Below, piece after piece: positions 1-9,686 of a DNA stretch of 64,000 bases. The DNA lies in NCBI GenBank assembly GCA_947259725.1, contig CAMYNM010000020.1, forward strand, positions 18,584-82,583. The letters are read 5' to 3'. Made by a program: the position numbers and the translations under genes. This DNA comes from Thermoanaerobaculia bacterium. GTDB taxonomy: Bacteria; Acidobacteriota; Thermoanaerobaculia; Multivoradales; JAHEKO01. The stretch's first letter is position 1; every line of letters starts with the position of its first letter. The notes under the pieces were generated by a model. It searched no databases and had not been told where the DNA came from. It saw only the letters and a list, made by a program, of their open reading frames with translations.

Positions 1-1218
1 GTCGCGGCCGTTCGCAGCGAGCTCGCCTCGCTGAGGGCGGAGTATGAGCGCAGGATTGCTGCGCTCGAAGGAAGGATCGAGGAGCTCGAAGGCGCGCTCG
101 AGAGTCCGGCGCCTGCCACCGAGCCGCCCGCCGCTGCGCAGGACGAGCTCGCGTCGCTGCGCGCGGCTGCACGAGAGGCGGCCGCAGACGAGTCGGCCGA
201 ACCGAGCTCATCCGCCGTTCCTGTACCCATCACGGCGACGGCGACCGGCAGAGAGGGCAGCCTCAATCTTCTGAATCCCGAGATCTCGTTTACCGGCATT
301 CTGCTCGGCGCGACGCTCGGGGATGAGCGCGACGAATTCGCTTTCGAGGAGTTCGAGCTCGATTTGCAGTCCGCATTGGATCCGTTTTCGCGTACCCGCG
401 TCACGCTCGCGGTGGGCGACGAGGGGCTCGAGATCGAGGAGGCCTACGTCAACTACAGCTCGCTCCCCGGGGGCCTCGATCTTCTCGCCGGGAAGTTCCG
501 GCAGCGGTTCGGGCCGCTCAACCGCCAGCATCTGCACGCCCTGCCGCAGACCGAATACCCGTTGGTCTACCAGACCCTTTTCGGAGAAGAGGGGCTGGGT
601 CAGACAGGTCTCTCCTTCAGTTGGCTTCTCCCGAAGCCCTGGGCAACGGCCAACGAGGTCACCCTCGAGGTGACCGACGGGGAGAACGAGGCCGCCTTCG
701 GCGGCGAGGAATTCGAGGACCTGGCGATTCTGGGCCGGCTCAAGAACTTTTGGGAGCTGGCGGGCTCGAGCTACTTCGAGTGGGGCGTCTCGGGTATCGC
801 CGGCAAGACCGCCACCGGCGGCGCGAGCCGGGTCTACGGCACCGATTTCACCTACAGCTGGCAGCCGGCCGGCAGGACCAAGTACCGGGGCCTGACCTGG
901 CGCACCGAGATCCTCTTCTCGGAGCGCGAAGACGACCTTGGCGTTCGACACGATGCGGTCGGTGCCTACACCGACGTCGAGGGTTTGGTGCGGCGCAATC
1001 TCTACGGCGGCGTTCGCTTCGACAGGGCCGAGGACCCTCTCGATTCCGACAGCCACACGACCGGTATCGTCCCGTACCTCTCCTGGTGGCAGAGCGAGTA
1101 CGTCCGGCTACGCGCCGAGTACAGCTTGTTCGAGCTCCAGCCTTCGGGAGAGCGCGATGATCGCTTCACCATTCAACTGACCTGGGCCGCCGGCCCGCAC
1201 AAGCACGAGAGCTATTGA
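1..1218 (+). CDS. outer-membrane beta-barrel protein with N-terminal Ala/Glu-rich coiled-coil; 5' end lies outside the window
   Basis: Frame 1 is open from nt 1 and continuous with track ORF 364..1218. The N-terminal part reads ELASLRAEYERRIAALEGRIEELEGALE (heptad coiled coil). This is followed by alternating amphipathic segments rich in G/Y/W/F and a C-terminal ...HKHESY aromatic end typical of OM barrels. The stop TGA (1216-1218) overlaps the ATG of the next gene. Confidence 0.55.
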   Translation, partial: VAAVRSELASLRAEYERRIAALEGRIEELEGALESPAPATEPPAAAQDELASLRAAAREAAADESAEPSSSAVPVPITATATGREGSLNLLNPEISFTGILLGATLGDERDEFAFEEFELDLQSALDPFSRTRVTLAVGDEGLEIEEAYVNYSSLPGGLDLLAGKFRQRFGPLNRQHLHALPQTEYPLVYQTLFGEEGLGQTGLSFSWLLPKPWATANEVTLEVTDGENEAAFGGEEFEDLAILGRLKNFWELAGSSYFEWGVSGIAGKTATGGASRVYGTDFTYSWQPAGRTKYRGLTWRTEILFSEREDDLGVRHDAVGAYTDVEGLVRRNLYGGVRFDRAEDPLDSDSHTTGIVPYLSWWQSEYVRLRAEYSLFELQPSGERDDRFTIQLTWAAGPHKHESY

Positions 1219-2246
1219 TGCCAAAACCGATCACATTTTTTCTTCTGGCAGCGGCGCTCGCGCTTCAGGCCGTTTCTGTGGCGGCGGAGGTCAGAGTAGT
1301 AACGACACTGCCGGCCTACGCAGCGATCGCACAGTTCGTGGGCGGCGACCGCGTCGTTGCCGAGGCGATCTCCCGAGGCGACGAAGACGCCCACTTCGTC
1401 AAGCCGAAGCCGTCGTTTGCATTGATGTTGAAACGCGCCGATCTCTTCGTCAGCACCGGGCTCGATCTCGAGCTCTGGGCGCCGACCCTGGTCGACAAGT
1501 CGGGGAACCGTAGGATCCGGAGTGGAGAACCGGGGTACGTCAGTGCCAGCGCAGGGGTCGCCATGCTCGACGTGCCCGATTCGGTGAGCCGTGAGGCCGG
1601 CGACGTGCACATCTTCGGTAACCCGCACATTCACACGAGCCCGATCAATGCCAAGAGGATCGCCGCCAATATCGAAGCCGGTCTCGAGCGTGTGGACCCC
1701 GCGGGCGCGGTGACCTACCGGGCCGGGCTCGCCGAATTCGCGCGGCGCATTGACCAGGCGCTGTACGGAAACGAGCTCGTCGAGCTTCTGGGCGCGGAGA
1801 CTCTCGACGACCTGGCGCGCCAGGGCAAGCTGTTCGAGTTTCTGAAGACCAAGGAGTACGAGGGCAAGCCTCTTCTCGACCGTTTGGGGGGTTGGCTTGG
1901 CAAGGCCGCTTCTTTCCGAGGGAAAAAGATCGTGGCCTATCACGGCAACTGGATCTATTTCACCGACCTTTTCGGGCTCGAAGTGGTCGATTTCGTCGAG
2001 CGCAAGCCCGGCATCCCCCCATCAGCCAAACACGTTTTCGAGCTGCTCGAGACGATCAAGACACAAAAGGTCAAGGTGCTTCTGGCCGCGACCTACTTCA
2101 GCCGCAGCCAGATCGAGACCATCGCGGAGCGAGCCGGCGCGACGTCGGTCATCGTGGCCCTGAGCCCGATGGAGGTCTCGGCCGAGGGCTACTTCGAACT
2201 GGTCGACGGCTGGATCGACGATCTCAAACGGGCCTTCGGCTCCTAA
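1218..2246 (+). CDS. metal (Zn/Mn) ABC transporter substrate-binding protein, TroA/ZnuA family
   Basis: Signal peptide MMPKPITFFLLAAALALQAVSVAA. Family motifs are AYAAIAQFVGGDRV..., VHIFGNPHIHTSP and a YHGNWIYF segment. A TTG at 1215 precedes the ATG at 1218. The gene overlaps the upstream stop, suggesting translational coupling. Confidence 0.8.
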   Translation: MPKPITFFLLAAALALQAVSVAAEVRVVTTLPAYAAIAQFVGGDRVVAEAISRGDEDAHFVKPKPSFALMLKRADLFVSTGLDLELWAPTLVDKSGNRRIRSGEPGYVSASAGVAMLDVPDSVSREAGDVHIFGNPHIHTSPINAKRIAANIEAGLERVDPAGAVTYRAGLAEFARRIDQALYGNELVELLGAETLDDLARQGKLFEFLKTKEYEGKPLLDRLGGWLGKAASFRGKKIVAYHGNWIYFTDLFGLEVVDFVERKPGIPPSAKHVFELLETIKTQKVKVLLAATYFSRSQIETIAERAGATSVIVALSPMEVSAEGYFELVDGWIDDLKRAFGS

Positions 2247-2260
2247 GGAAGGGTTTCGCG

Positions 2261-3088
2261 ATGGATGCGCTGGAATTCATGGCCGCTCCGTTTGCCGCCT
2301 GTTTGGTGCTGGTCGGCATCCACGCCTATCTCGGTCTGCACGTCCTCCTGCGTGAGGTGATCTTCGTCGACCTTGCCCTGGCTCAGATCGCGGCTTTGGG
2401 CTCGGTCGTGGCGTTGGCGGTTACCGGTCACCCGCCGGGAACTCCCGCCTCCTACACGTTCTCGCTGGGTTTCGCGCTCATCGGTGCGGCGATCTTCGCG
2501 GTTACCCGCATGCGCGAGGGGAGGGTTCCGCAGGAGGCGATCATCGGCATCACTTTCGTGATTGCTTCGGCGGCGGCGATCGTGGTTGCCGACCGCGCTC
2601 CGGAGGGCGCCGAGCAGATCAAGGAGCTGATGGCCGGCGCGATCCTCTGGGTCAGCTGGCCCAAGGTGGCGACGACTCTGCTTATCTACGCCGGCGTGGG
2701 TGTTGCCCACTACCTCTTCCGGCACAAGTTCATTCTGATCTCGGAGCATCCCGAGGAGGCTTTTGCCGAAGGCTTGAATGTGCGCCTCTGGGACTTTCTC
2801 TTCTACGCCACCTTCGCTCTGGTCATCACCATTTCGGTGCAGATGGCCGGAGTGCTGATGGTGTTCTCGTACCTGGTGGCTCCGGCGATCATCGCGCTCG
2901 CCGCGAGCTCGAGCTGGCCCGCTCGCATCGGCATCGCCTCTCTAACCAGCGTGACGGCGAGCGTTCTGGGCCTGTTCGCGTCGTACCGATGGGACCTGCC
3001 CAGCGGTCCCGCGATCGTCTGCGCGCTGGCTGTGATCCTGCTCGCCTTCGGGGCGTGGCGCCAGATCGCTCGCGCGAAGACCGGATGA
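2261..3088 (+). CDS. metal ABC transporter permease (ZnuB/TroC-type)
   Basis: Internal ATG of track ORF 1892..3088. The product is polytopic and hydrophobic (MDALEFMAAPFAACLVLVGIHAYLGLHVLL... DLALAQIAALG... LVAPAIIAL). It sits directly downstream of the SBP gene. No ATPase gene follows. Confidence 0.8.
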   Translation: MDALEFMAAPFAACLVLVGIHAYLGLHVLLREVIFVDLALAQIAALGSVVALAVTGHPPGTPASYTFSLGFALIGAAIFAVTRMREGRVPQEAIIGITFVIASAAAIVVADRAPEGAEQIKELMAGAILWVSWPKVATTLLIYAGVGVAHYLFRHKFILISEHPEEAFAEGLNVRLWDFLFYATFALVITISVQMAGVLMVFSYLVAPAIIALAASSSWPARIGIASLTSVTASVLGLFASYRWDLPSGPAIVCALAVILLAFGAWRQIARAKTG

Positions 3089-3126
3089 GGGCGGCAAGCC
3101 TCACCGGAACCGGAACGAAATGAGGT

Positions 3127-4878
3127 TTGCAGCTCGCCGGTGGTAGCGTTTTCGGCGTGAGGCTCGCGGTGAGAAACGGTATCTGGCTGGCTCTGCTCTG
3201 TCTGGCGACGGTTGGGGTCGCCCGCGCGCAGGGAGCCATCGAGCTCGAGGAGGTCGTCTCCGGTCTCGACCAGCCGTTGGGCCTGGTCGCGCCCGGAGAC
3301 GGCTCGGAGCGCCTTTTCATTGTCGAGCAGGCCGGCAGGGTCCTGGTCCTCGAAGACCGTGCCGTGCGCGAGGTCCCGTTTCTGGATCTCTCGAGCTCGG
3401 TTCGATGCTGCGATGAGCGGGGCCTTCTGGGCCTGGCGTTTCACCCTGACTACGAGAGCAACGGCTTATTCTTCGTCAACTACACCGATCGCGCCGGCGA
3501 CACGGTGGTCTCGCGCTTCTCGGTCTCGAGTGCCGATCCGAACCGGGCGGACATCGATTCCGAGATCGCTCTTCTGACCTTCGATCAACCGTTCGCCAAT
3601 CACAATGGTGGTCACATCGCCTTCGGGCCGGACGGCTACCTCTACATCGCCTCGGGCGACGGCGGTTCGGGCGGCGACCCGCAAAACAACGCGCAGAGTC
3701 TCGACAATCTGCTCGGGAAGATCCTGCGCATCGACGTGGACGGCAGCCCGGTCGCGATTCCGCCCGACAATCCGTTCGTCAACGACTCGAGCGCACGGGC
3801 GGAGATCTGGGCTTTCGGGCTTCGCAACCCCTGGCGCTTCGGCTTCGACCGCGAGACCGGCGATCTCTTCATTGGAGACGTGGGGCAGAACGCCGTCGAG
3901 GAGATCGATCTTCAACCCGCCGGAAGCCCTGGCGGGGAGAACTATGGCTGGCGCCGAATGGAGGGATCGAGCTGCTTCAATCCGTCCAATAGTTGCGACA
4001 CCGGTGACCTGGTGACTCCGATCCTCGAGTACCGGCATGACCAGGGCTGCTCGGTGACCGGAGGGTACCGCTACCGGGGCTCGAGGTCCCCCGGTCTCGA
4101 AGGCGTCTATGTCTTCGGCGATTTTTGCTCGGGTCGTATCTGGGGCGCGACTCCGGGCGCCGGCGGAGAATGGTCGTTCCGGCAGCTCGCCGACACCGAT
4201 CTCGGCATTGCGAGTTTTGGCGAAGACGAGGACGGCGAGATCTACGCGGTCGACCTCGGCGGCGCGATCTACCGCATAGCGACCGCCGAGATCTTTCACA
4301 ACGGTTTCGAGTCGGGAGATTTCTCGGGCTGGAAGAAACGGGGCAAGCCGGGACTCACCAGCCCAGGTCTCGAGGGCACCGGTTTCGCGCTTGCGGTTCG
4401 CGCGGATTCGGGTCGGCCTCGCGTTCGGGCCAGGGTGCCCGGTCGCGAAGCCGAGGTCGCGCTCGAGCTGTCGATCGATCCCAGTGGCCTCGAGCGGCTG
4501 AGTCGCGAGGAGGTCGTCGTCGCCTTGACCGACGGAAAGACCGTCGAGGTGGAGATGACCCTCGAGCGTGTCGCGAAGCGCTTCCGAGTCGCGCTCTACG
4601 TTCACGGATCGGAAGGCGCGCGGCGCGTTGCCCGAACCAAGATCTCGGCGAAGCGATCTACCCGTCTCACCCTCACTTGGCGGGCGGCGCCGGACGACGG
4701 ATCGCCGGAGGGTTTCGCGAGCCTGGCCAGAAACGGCCGCGTCCGAGGTGCCCGGAGCGATCTCGACACCGCGGAGCGACGCATCAACTCGTTTGAGGCG
4801 GGTTTTCCCCTGGGCACCAGCGACGGCTCGGGCGTGCTTCTTCTGGACGAGTTCGCGTTCAGCCGCAGTCCGGGCTGA
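3127..4878 (+). CDS. PQQ-dependent sugar dehydrogenase (soluble glucose/sorbosone dehydrogenase beta-propeller, YliI-like) with ~200-aa C-terminal extension
   Basis: Signal peptide (LALLCLATVGVARAQG). Hallmark motifs LGLAFHPDY, NHNGGHIAFGPDGYLYIASGDGG, GKILRIDVDG, LRNPWRFGFD and TGGYRYRG. The C-terminal third (from ~aa 390) is basic/acidic rich and has no recognisable motif. The start may be a downstream GTG. Confidence 0.8.
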   Translation: MQLAGGSVFGVRLAVRNGIWLALLCLATVGVARAQGAIELEEVVSGLDQPLGLVAPGDGSERLFIVEQAGRVLVLEDRAVREVPFLDLSSSVRCCDERGLLGLAFHPDYESNGLFFVNYTDRAGDTVVSRFSVSSADPNRADIDSEIALLTFDQPFANHNGGHIAFGPDGYLYIASGDGGSGGDPQNNAQSLDNLLGKILRIDVDGSPVAIPPDNPFVNDSSARAEIWAFGLRNPWRFGFDRETGDLFIGDVGQNAVEEIDLQPAGSPGGENYGWRRMEGSSCFNPSNSCDTGDLVTPILEYRHDQGCSVTGGYRYRGSRSPGLEGVYVFGDFCSGRIWGATPGAGGEWSFRQLADTDLGIASFGEDEDGEIYAVDLGGAIYRIATAEIFHNGFESGDFSGWKKRGKPGLTSPGLEGTGFALAVRADSGRPRVRARVPGREAEVALELSIDPSGLERLSREEVVVALTDGKTVEVEMTLERVAKRFRVALYVHGSEGARRVARTKISAKRSTRLTLTWRAAPDDGSPEGFASLARNGRVRGARSDLDTAERRINSFEAGFPLGTSDGSGVLLLDEFAFSRSPG

Positions 4879-5284
4879 GATCGCGGGCGAGCCGGGCGAC
4901 CACCAGGCCGATGCCGACCACGCAGGGCCCCTCGGCGAGCACCCACCAAGTGGGCATCGGTGCCTGCAGGTCGATGGCGGTCAAGGCTACGCCGAGAGCG
5001 GCCGTCGCCCAACCGACGAAGATGAGCGCCTTCCGGAACCGGCGCACGTCGGTCGACAGAACGAACAACAAGCCGCCGTGGAAGGCGTACATCGCGGAAA
5101 GCGAACGGGTCAGGTAGTTGGTCAGCGGCGACGACGGAAACTCGCCGATGCCGAGGCGAGCGTAGATCGAAGCCATGGTGGCCTCGGGCAGGAAGACGGC
5201 GAAGATCGCCGATCCGGTGAGGACCGCGCCGACCCGCAGCAGGAGCACCAGGAAGCGCTCTCGACCGTCTCGCTGGTGGCTCAT
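4859..5284 (-). CDS. small integral membrane protein (~141 aa), function unknown
   Basis: Internal ATG (5282-5284) of track ORF 4859..5434, overlapping the stop of the upstream protease gene by ATGA. It has three or four hydrophobic helices (LVLLLRVGAVLTGSAIFAVFL, FHGGLLFVLS, FVGWATAALGVALTAI, VVGIGLVVARLA). Confidence 0.5.
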   Translation of the reverse strand: MSHQRDGRERFLVLLLRVGAVLTGSAIFAVFLPEATMASIYARLGIGEFPSSPLTNYLTRSLSAMYAFHGGLLFVLSTDVRRFRKALIFVGWATAALGVALTAIDLQAPMPTWWVLAEGPCVVGIGLVVARLARDLSPDCG

Positions 5285-7104
5285 TCGGGCAGAGTAACGG
5301 TAGCGATGTTGGAATAGCTGGAGTGGCTGCCGGCCCTGCGGGCCTGGACCCTGAAGCTGTAGGTGGTGCCCGGCTCTCCGTCGTCGAACTCGAACCTGGT
5401 CGCGTTGGCCGGCGCCGAGCGCCAGCTCTCCCAACCTCCGGAGCCCGTTCTTCGCTCGATGCGGAACTTCTTCTCACCGTCGGACCGATCCTTCCAGACG
5501 AGCCGGCCAGAGGTCGGACCGAGGACGGTCGCCTTGAGCTTCTTGGGCCTCTTGAGCGTTTTCGGCATGGTCACGGACGCGGTGTTCGAAAACTCGGTGG
5601 TGAGGCCATCGGCCGGATCGCCGAGCACGGCTCGCACTCTGAAGCCGTAGGTCTTGCCCGGTTTGGCGTCCGAAAAACGCAGGCTCGTGGTGTCGGCTGG
5701 GGCCTCGCGCCAGAGCTCGAAGGCCCGGCTGCCGACCCGTCGCCAGACCTCGAACCCTGCCTCGGTGGACGAGTTGTCGATCCAGCGCAGGCGGCCGGCG
5801 GAGGGTTTGAGGGCTTTTACGGTCAGCTCACTCGGTTGTGGGCCCACGGAGGGGGGCGAAGGGCTCGCGCCGTAGAGCGCCACCAGGGCGGCCCGGTCGT
5901 CGGGCCGGATCGCCCCGCCACGACCGTCGTCGTGCAGGCTGGCTCTCATGGTCGCATCGTTTTTGTCTTTCTCGAGTCCGCAGGGTCCGGTGACGTCGTC
6001 TCCGCAGGAGTGCCCGATGCCGAGCGTGTGGCCCAGCTCATGGGTGAAGAGCTCGGCGGCGGCGGCCCGGTTGGTTTCGATCAGGCACTCGACACCGTCG
6101 TTGACCACGATCTCGGCTTCCACGATTCGGGCATAGGTCTCGCCTTTGTACTCCCCGGTGCCGCTGGCCCACCAACCGCCTGTGGCGAGGGTGCCACCAC
6201 CGTTGGCGTCACAGCTGTAGGAGCCGGTGACCGAGTCGTTCGGATCGCCGAAGATGATCGCGTTGACTCCGTCGGACCGTTCGAATCCATTCGAGCGGTT
6301 GGTCTCGCCGGCCAGCACCAGCCGCGCCGGCTCCGGCTTCCAGGCGCCGAGCGCGGCCTCGAACTCGGCCTGCGAATCGGTGCTGTCGGCGCTTCGAAAA
6401 AACCAGCTGACCGGATCGCCGGCGTCGAAATCAAACCAGCGGACGTGATTGCCGCGGTACTCCATCAGGGTGTATGGGACGGCCAGAAAAACCGGTGACA
6501 CGGGTCGTTCGAGCAGGTAGTCCGGTGGCCTGAGCAACCCTCGGTGGCGGTCCTCGAGCCACTCGAGAAAGAGGTCATGGTCGCGCGCGAGGTCGGTGGC
6601 CTGATCCAGCCGCGCGTCGAGCAGGGTGGCATTTTCGAGGGTTCTGACCGCCAGCGAGCCGGTGTCGTGGTCGCGCCGGAAGAAAACCCCCAGAGCGAGA
6701 TGAAGCGGCGAGTAGCTGCCGTCCGGATTCGCCGCCAGAAACAGGAGCACCCGATCCCCTTCCGCAAACCTAGGCGAGCCCGGGATGACGAGCTCTCCGG
6801 TCTCGGTCGAGCCGCCGGGAGTCCGTACGATCAGCGTGCTCGATGTGAGTCTGCCCTTGATCACGCGCCCGACAGCCGCGAGATGCTCGGTCGCAGGTCT
6901 GGCTCCCCGAAGGGCGGGCAGCCTGTGGAGAATCGTCGCTTCGACCACGGTCGTGGCCTGGTCCAGTAGATCGCCGTCGCTGACGACGACGTAGGTCGCT
7001 GCACGGGTGCCGCTCGCGAGGGCGAGAGTCAGTCCCAGCGCGAGGCACATGCCGGTCGCTGCGGATCCCGCGCGGTCCTTCTCGAGGTGCTGCCTGCGTC
7101 CCAT
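5281..7104 (-). CDS. secreted zinc metalloprotease (metzincin-like, HELGHTLGIGH zinc site) with two C-terminal fibronectin type III-like repeats
   Basis: Signal peptide MCLALGLTLALASGTRAA. The HExxHxxGxxH motif is present, with a Met-turn-like ATMRA downstream. There are two ~90-aa repeats (PSELTVKALKPSAGRLRWIDNSSTEAGFEVWRR... and KATVLGPTSGRLVWKDRSDGEKKFRIERR...) with an FN3 pattern. The track start is TTG at 7122; the ATG at 7102-7104 is more likely. Confidence 0.75.
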   Translation of the reverse strand: MGRRQHLEKDRAGSAATGMCLALGLTLALASGTRAATYVVVSDGDLLDQATTVVEATILHRLPALRGARPATEHLAAVGRVIKGRLTSSTLIVRTPGGSTETGELVIPGSPRFAEGDRVLLFLAANPDGSYSPLHLALGVFFRRDHDTGSLAVRTLENATLLDARLDQATDLARDHDLFLEWLEDRHRGLLRPPDYLLERPVSPVFLAVPYTLMEYRGNHVRWFDFDAGDPVSWFFRSADSTDSQAEFEAALGAWKPEPARLVLAGETNRSNGFERSDGVNAIIFGDPNDSVTGSYSCDANGGGTLATGGWWASGTGEYKGETYARIVEAEIVVNDGVECLIETNRAAAAELFTHELGHTLGIGHSCGDDVTGPCGLEKDKNDATMRASLHDDGRGGAIRPDDRAALVALYGASPSPPSVGPQPSELTVKALKPSAGRLRWIDNSSTEAGFEVWRRVGSRAFELWREAPADTTSLRFSDAKPGKTYGFRVRAVLGDPADGLTTEFSNTASVTMPKTLKRPKKLKATVLGPTSGRLVWKDRSDGEKKFRIERRTGSGGWESWRSAPANATRFEFDDGEPGTTYSFRVQARRAGSHSSYSNIATVTLPE

Positions 7105-7309
7105 GGTCGGTGTGTGAAGCAAGTGCCGTACCGGAAGCCGGGAACGCTTCCGGGGTTTCGGAGCCCCGAGTTTACTCGGCTTCGGAGAATCAATTGCCCG
7201 AGGCCGCCGTTTCGAGTACGAAGCGGCGGGCCTTTCGGATGTGGCGATCGCCCTCCGTCACCGCGCGCTCGAGGTTCGGATATCCTTCAGGATCACCCTC
7301 GTGCCAGAT

Positions 7310-8488
7310 ATGACCGACTCCCCGCCAGCCCCCCTCGACGGTATTTGTGTCATCGAGATGGCGGAGGCCCTCGCGGGACCGTACTGCGGAATGACACTCG
7401 GGGATCTCGGCGCCGACGTCATCAAGGTCGAGCGCCGGGGGGTAGGAGATCAGTCTCGCAAGTGGGGTCCGCCTTTCCTCGAAGGCGAGAGCGCCTACTT
7501 TCTCTCGGTCAACCGCAACAAGCGCTCGATCGAGCTCGACATTAAGGACGCCGCCGACCATCGGGTGTTGCTTGCCCTCCTCGAGAGTGCGGACGTTTTC
7601 ATCTGTAACAACCCCAAGATGGAATCGCTCGAGCGTGCCGGTTTGGATCCGGTAGCTCTGCTTAAGGCGAATCCGGGCCTCATTCAGGCGGCGATCAGCG
7701 GCTACGGCCATTCCGGGCCGAAGGCCGGCCGTGGGGGCTACGACGTCATCGCCCAGGGCGAGGCCGGCTTGATGGCGCTGGCTGGAGAGCCCGGATCGGG
7801 ACCGATCCGGTTTCCGACCGCAATGGCGGACATCAGCGCCGGCCTCTACGCGCTGATCGGTATTCAGGCCGCGCTCTACGCTCGAGATCGGGTGGGCGGG
7901 TGCGGGCAGGGGCAGTTCCTGGACGTGGCGCTCGTGGATGCCCAGGTCACCTGGCTTGCCAACATTGCCGGCTCGTTTTTTGCCACCGGCGAGCGCCCGA
8001 CCAAGCTCGGCAACGCTCACCCTTCGATCGCGCCCTATCAGCCGGTTCGTGCGCGCGACAAGGACTTGATCGTCGCGGTCGGTACCGAGCGGCTCTGGAA
8101 GCGGTTTTGCGAAGTGCTCGGCGTCGAGGGATCATTGATGACCGACCCGCGCTTTACGACCAATCCCGACCGCAACGCCCACCGCAGCGAACTGATTCCG
8201 CTGCTCGAGGAGGTTCTGCGCTCGCGCGATGCGGCCGACTGGGTCGAGGATCTGGTGGCCGCCGGGATTCCGGCCGGCCCGATCAATTTCGTCGACGAGG
8301 CGCTCACCGACGAGCAGATCGTGGCTCGCGGCATGATCGTCGAGCTCGAGCATCCGCTGATCGGGATGGTGAGATCGGTCGGCCATCCCGTTCGAATGTC
8401 GAGCGCCGGCCCAACCTACCGCCGGTATCCGCCTCGCCTCGGCGAGCACAACCGCGAAATCCGCGCCGAATTGGTTGCTGCGGGTTGA
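7310..8488 (+). CDS. CoA-transferase family III (CaiB/BaiF-type)
   Basis: [39 protein letters not shown]... matches the family III N-terminal motif. The ATG at 7310 is internal to track ORF 7241..8488. Confidence 0.8.
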   Translation: MTDSPPAPLDGICVIEMAEALAGPYCGMTLGDLGADVIKVERRGVGDQSRKWGPPFLEGESAYFLSVNRNKRSIELDIKDAADHRVLLALLESADVFICNNPKMESLERAGLDPVALLKANPGLIQAAISGYGHSGPKAGRGGYDVIAQGEAGLMALAGEPGSGPIRFPTAMADISAGLYALIGIQAALYARDRVGGCGQGQFLDVALVDAQVTWLANIAGSFFATGERPTKLGNAHPSIAPYQPVRARDKDLIVAVGTERLWKRFCEVLGVEGSLMTDPRFTTNPDRNAHRSELIPLLEEVLRSRDAADWVEDLVAAGIPAGPINFVDEALTDEQIVARGMIVELEHPLIGMVRSVGHPVRMSSAGPTYRRYPPRLGEHNREIRAELVAAG

Positions 8489-8534
8489 TCGACTGCAGGC
8501 TCGGAGCTGGGCTGCTAGAATCTACAGGCGTGGA

Positions 8535-9581
8535 ATGCATGAGCCTCGAAAGAACGCGTTGAACGTGCCGACACGGGCCGAAGTGGCCCGATACTGGAAC
8601 GGGCTTCTCCAGCCCCACATGGGGGCGATCGACCGCAAGGCGTGGTTTCAGCTGCTGACCACCCTCGGCCTCTGGACCGCGGGCTGGTTGCTGATGCTCA
8701 AGAGCCTCGAGGTCTCCCTGTGGCTCACCCTGCTTTTGGCCTTGCCTACGACCGGCCTCCAGATCCGGCTGTTCATCTTCCTGCACGATTGCGGTCACGG
8801 GTCCTTCTTCAGGTCCCGCAAGATGAATCACGCGGTCGGCGCGGTGCTCGGCGTGTTCACCTTGACCCCCTTCGTCTACTGGCGTCGGACTCACGGGATT
8901 CACCATGGCACCTCGGGAGACCTCGACCGCCGGGGGTTGGGCGACGTCGAAACGCTCACGGTCGAGGAATACCTCGAGCGATCGTGGTGGGGCAGACTCA
9001 AGTACCGGGTGTATCGCCATCCGATCGTGCTTCTGGGGATCGGACCGTTCTATCAGTTCGTTCTCAAGCAGCGCCTGCCGCTCGACATCCCGCGCCGATG
9101 GAAGCGCGAGTGGGCTAGCGTCATGTGGACCAACGTGGCGATTGCCGGAGCGATACTCGCCGGCTGGCAGCTCTTCGGCCTCGGGCGCTTCCTGGTGGTC
9201 GAAGGATTGATCATCCTCCTCAGCGGCACGATTGGCGTCTGGCTGTTCTACATCCAGCATCAGTTCGAGGACACCTACTGGCGTGAGCACGAGGAGTGGG
9301 ACTTCTACCGCGCCGGCATCGAGGGTAGCTCGCTCTACGATCTCCCGGCGCTTCTGCACTGGTTCACCGGCAATATCGGCTTTCACCACGTCCATCACCT
9401 GGCGTCGGCGATCCCCAACTACCGGCTGAAGGAATGCTTCACGCAGGTGCAGGAGCTCCACCACGTGACCCGCTTGACCATCTGGACCAGCCTGCGTAGC
9501 GCGCGGCTCCATCTCTGGGACGAGGTCGAAGGCCGGTTGGTGAGTTTTCGGCAGGCGCGCCACCGCCTGCAGCACGCCTAG
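8535..9581 (+). CDS. membrane fatty acid desaturase (DesA/delta-12-like; three histidine boxes)
   Basis: Histidine boxes HDCGH, HGIHH and HHVHH are embedded in hydrophobic segments. The start is uncertain (track GTG/ATG at 8475; ATG 8535; ATG ~8619). Confidence 0.75.
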   Translation: MHEPRKNALNVPTRAEVARYWNGLLQPHMGAIDRKAWFQLLTTLGLWTAGWLLMLKSLEVSLWLTLLLALPTTGLQIRLFIFLHDCGHGSFFRSRKMNHAVGAVLGVFTLTPFVYWRRTHGIHHGTSGDLDRRGLGDVETLTVEEYLERSWWGRLKYRVYRHPIVLLGIGPFYQFVLKQRLPLDIPRRWKREWASVMWTNVAIAGAILAGWQLFGLGRFLVVEGLIILLSGTIGVWLFYIQHQFEDTYWREHEEWDFYRAGIEGSSLYDLPALLHWFTGNIGFHHVHHLASAIPNYRLKECFTQVQELHHVTRLTIWTSLRSARLHLWDEVEGRLVSFRQARHRLQHA

Positions 9582-9586
9582 GAATC

Positions 9587-9607
9587 GCCCCCTGTTAGGG
9601 TGGGGGC
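9587..9607 (+). terminator. GC hairpin (GCCCCC-n9-GGGGGC) followed by CTTTA, a weak intrinsic-terminator candidate after the desaturase gene
   Basis: Read directly. It sits 6 nt after the desaturase stop. The U-tract is short. Confidence 0.3.
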
Positions 9608-9686
9608 CTTTACCGGTCCGCTAGGTGTGGTGGCGGGTGCGGGCTGCCACTACGATGCCTGCGAGCCCAGTCCACTGGAGCGCATC

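Noticed and set aside
1892-2260. N-terminal 123-aa extension of the ZnuB-like ORF and similar 5' extensions (24000-24116 for the YpfJ-like gene; 13216-13308 for the DHOD-like gene; 61909-62070 for rpmB; 36804-36896 for the lipoprotein; 52160-52492 for the HD gene)
   Set aside because: The extensions overlap upstream genes in another frame, are Arg/Pro-rich, and precede internal ATG/GTG codons that have an RBS and a typical family N-terminus.
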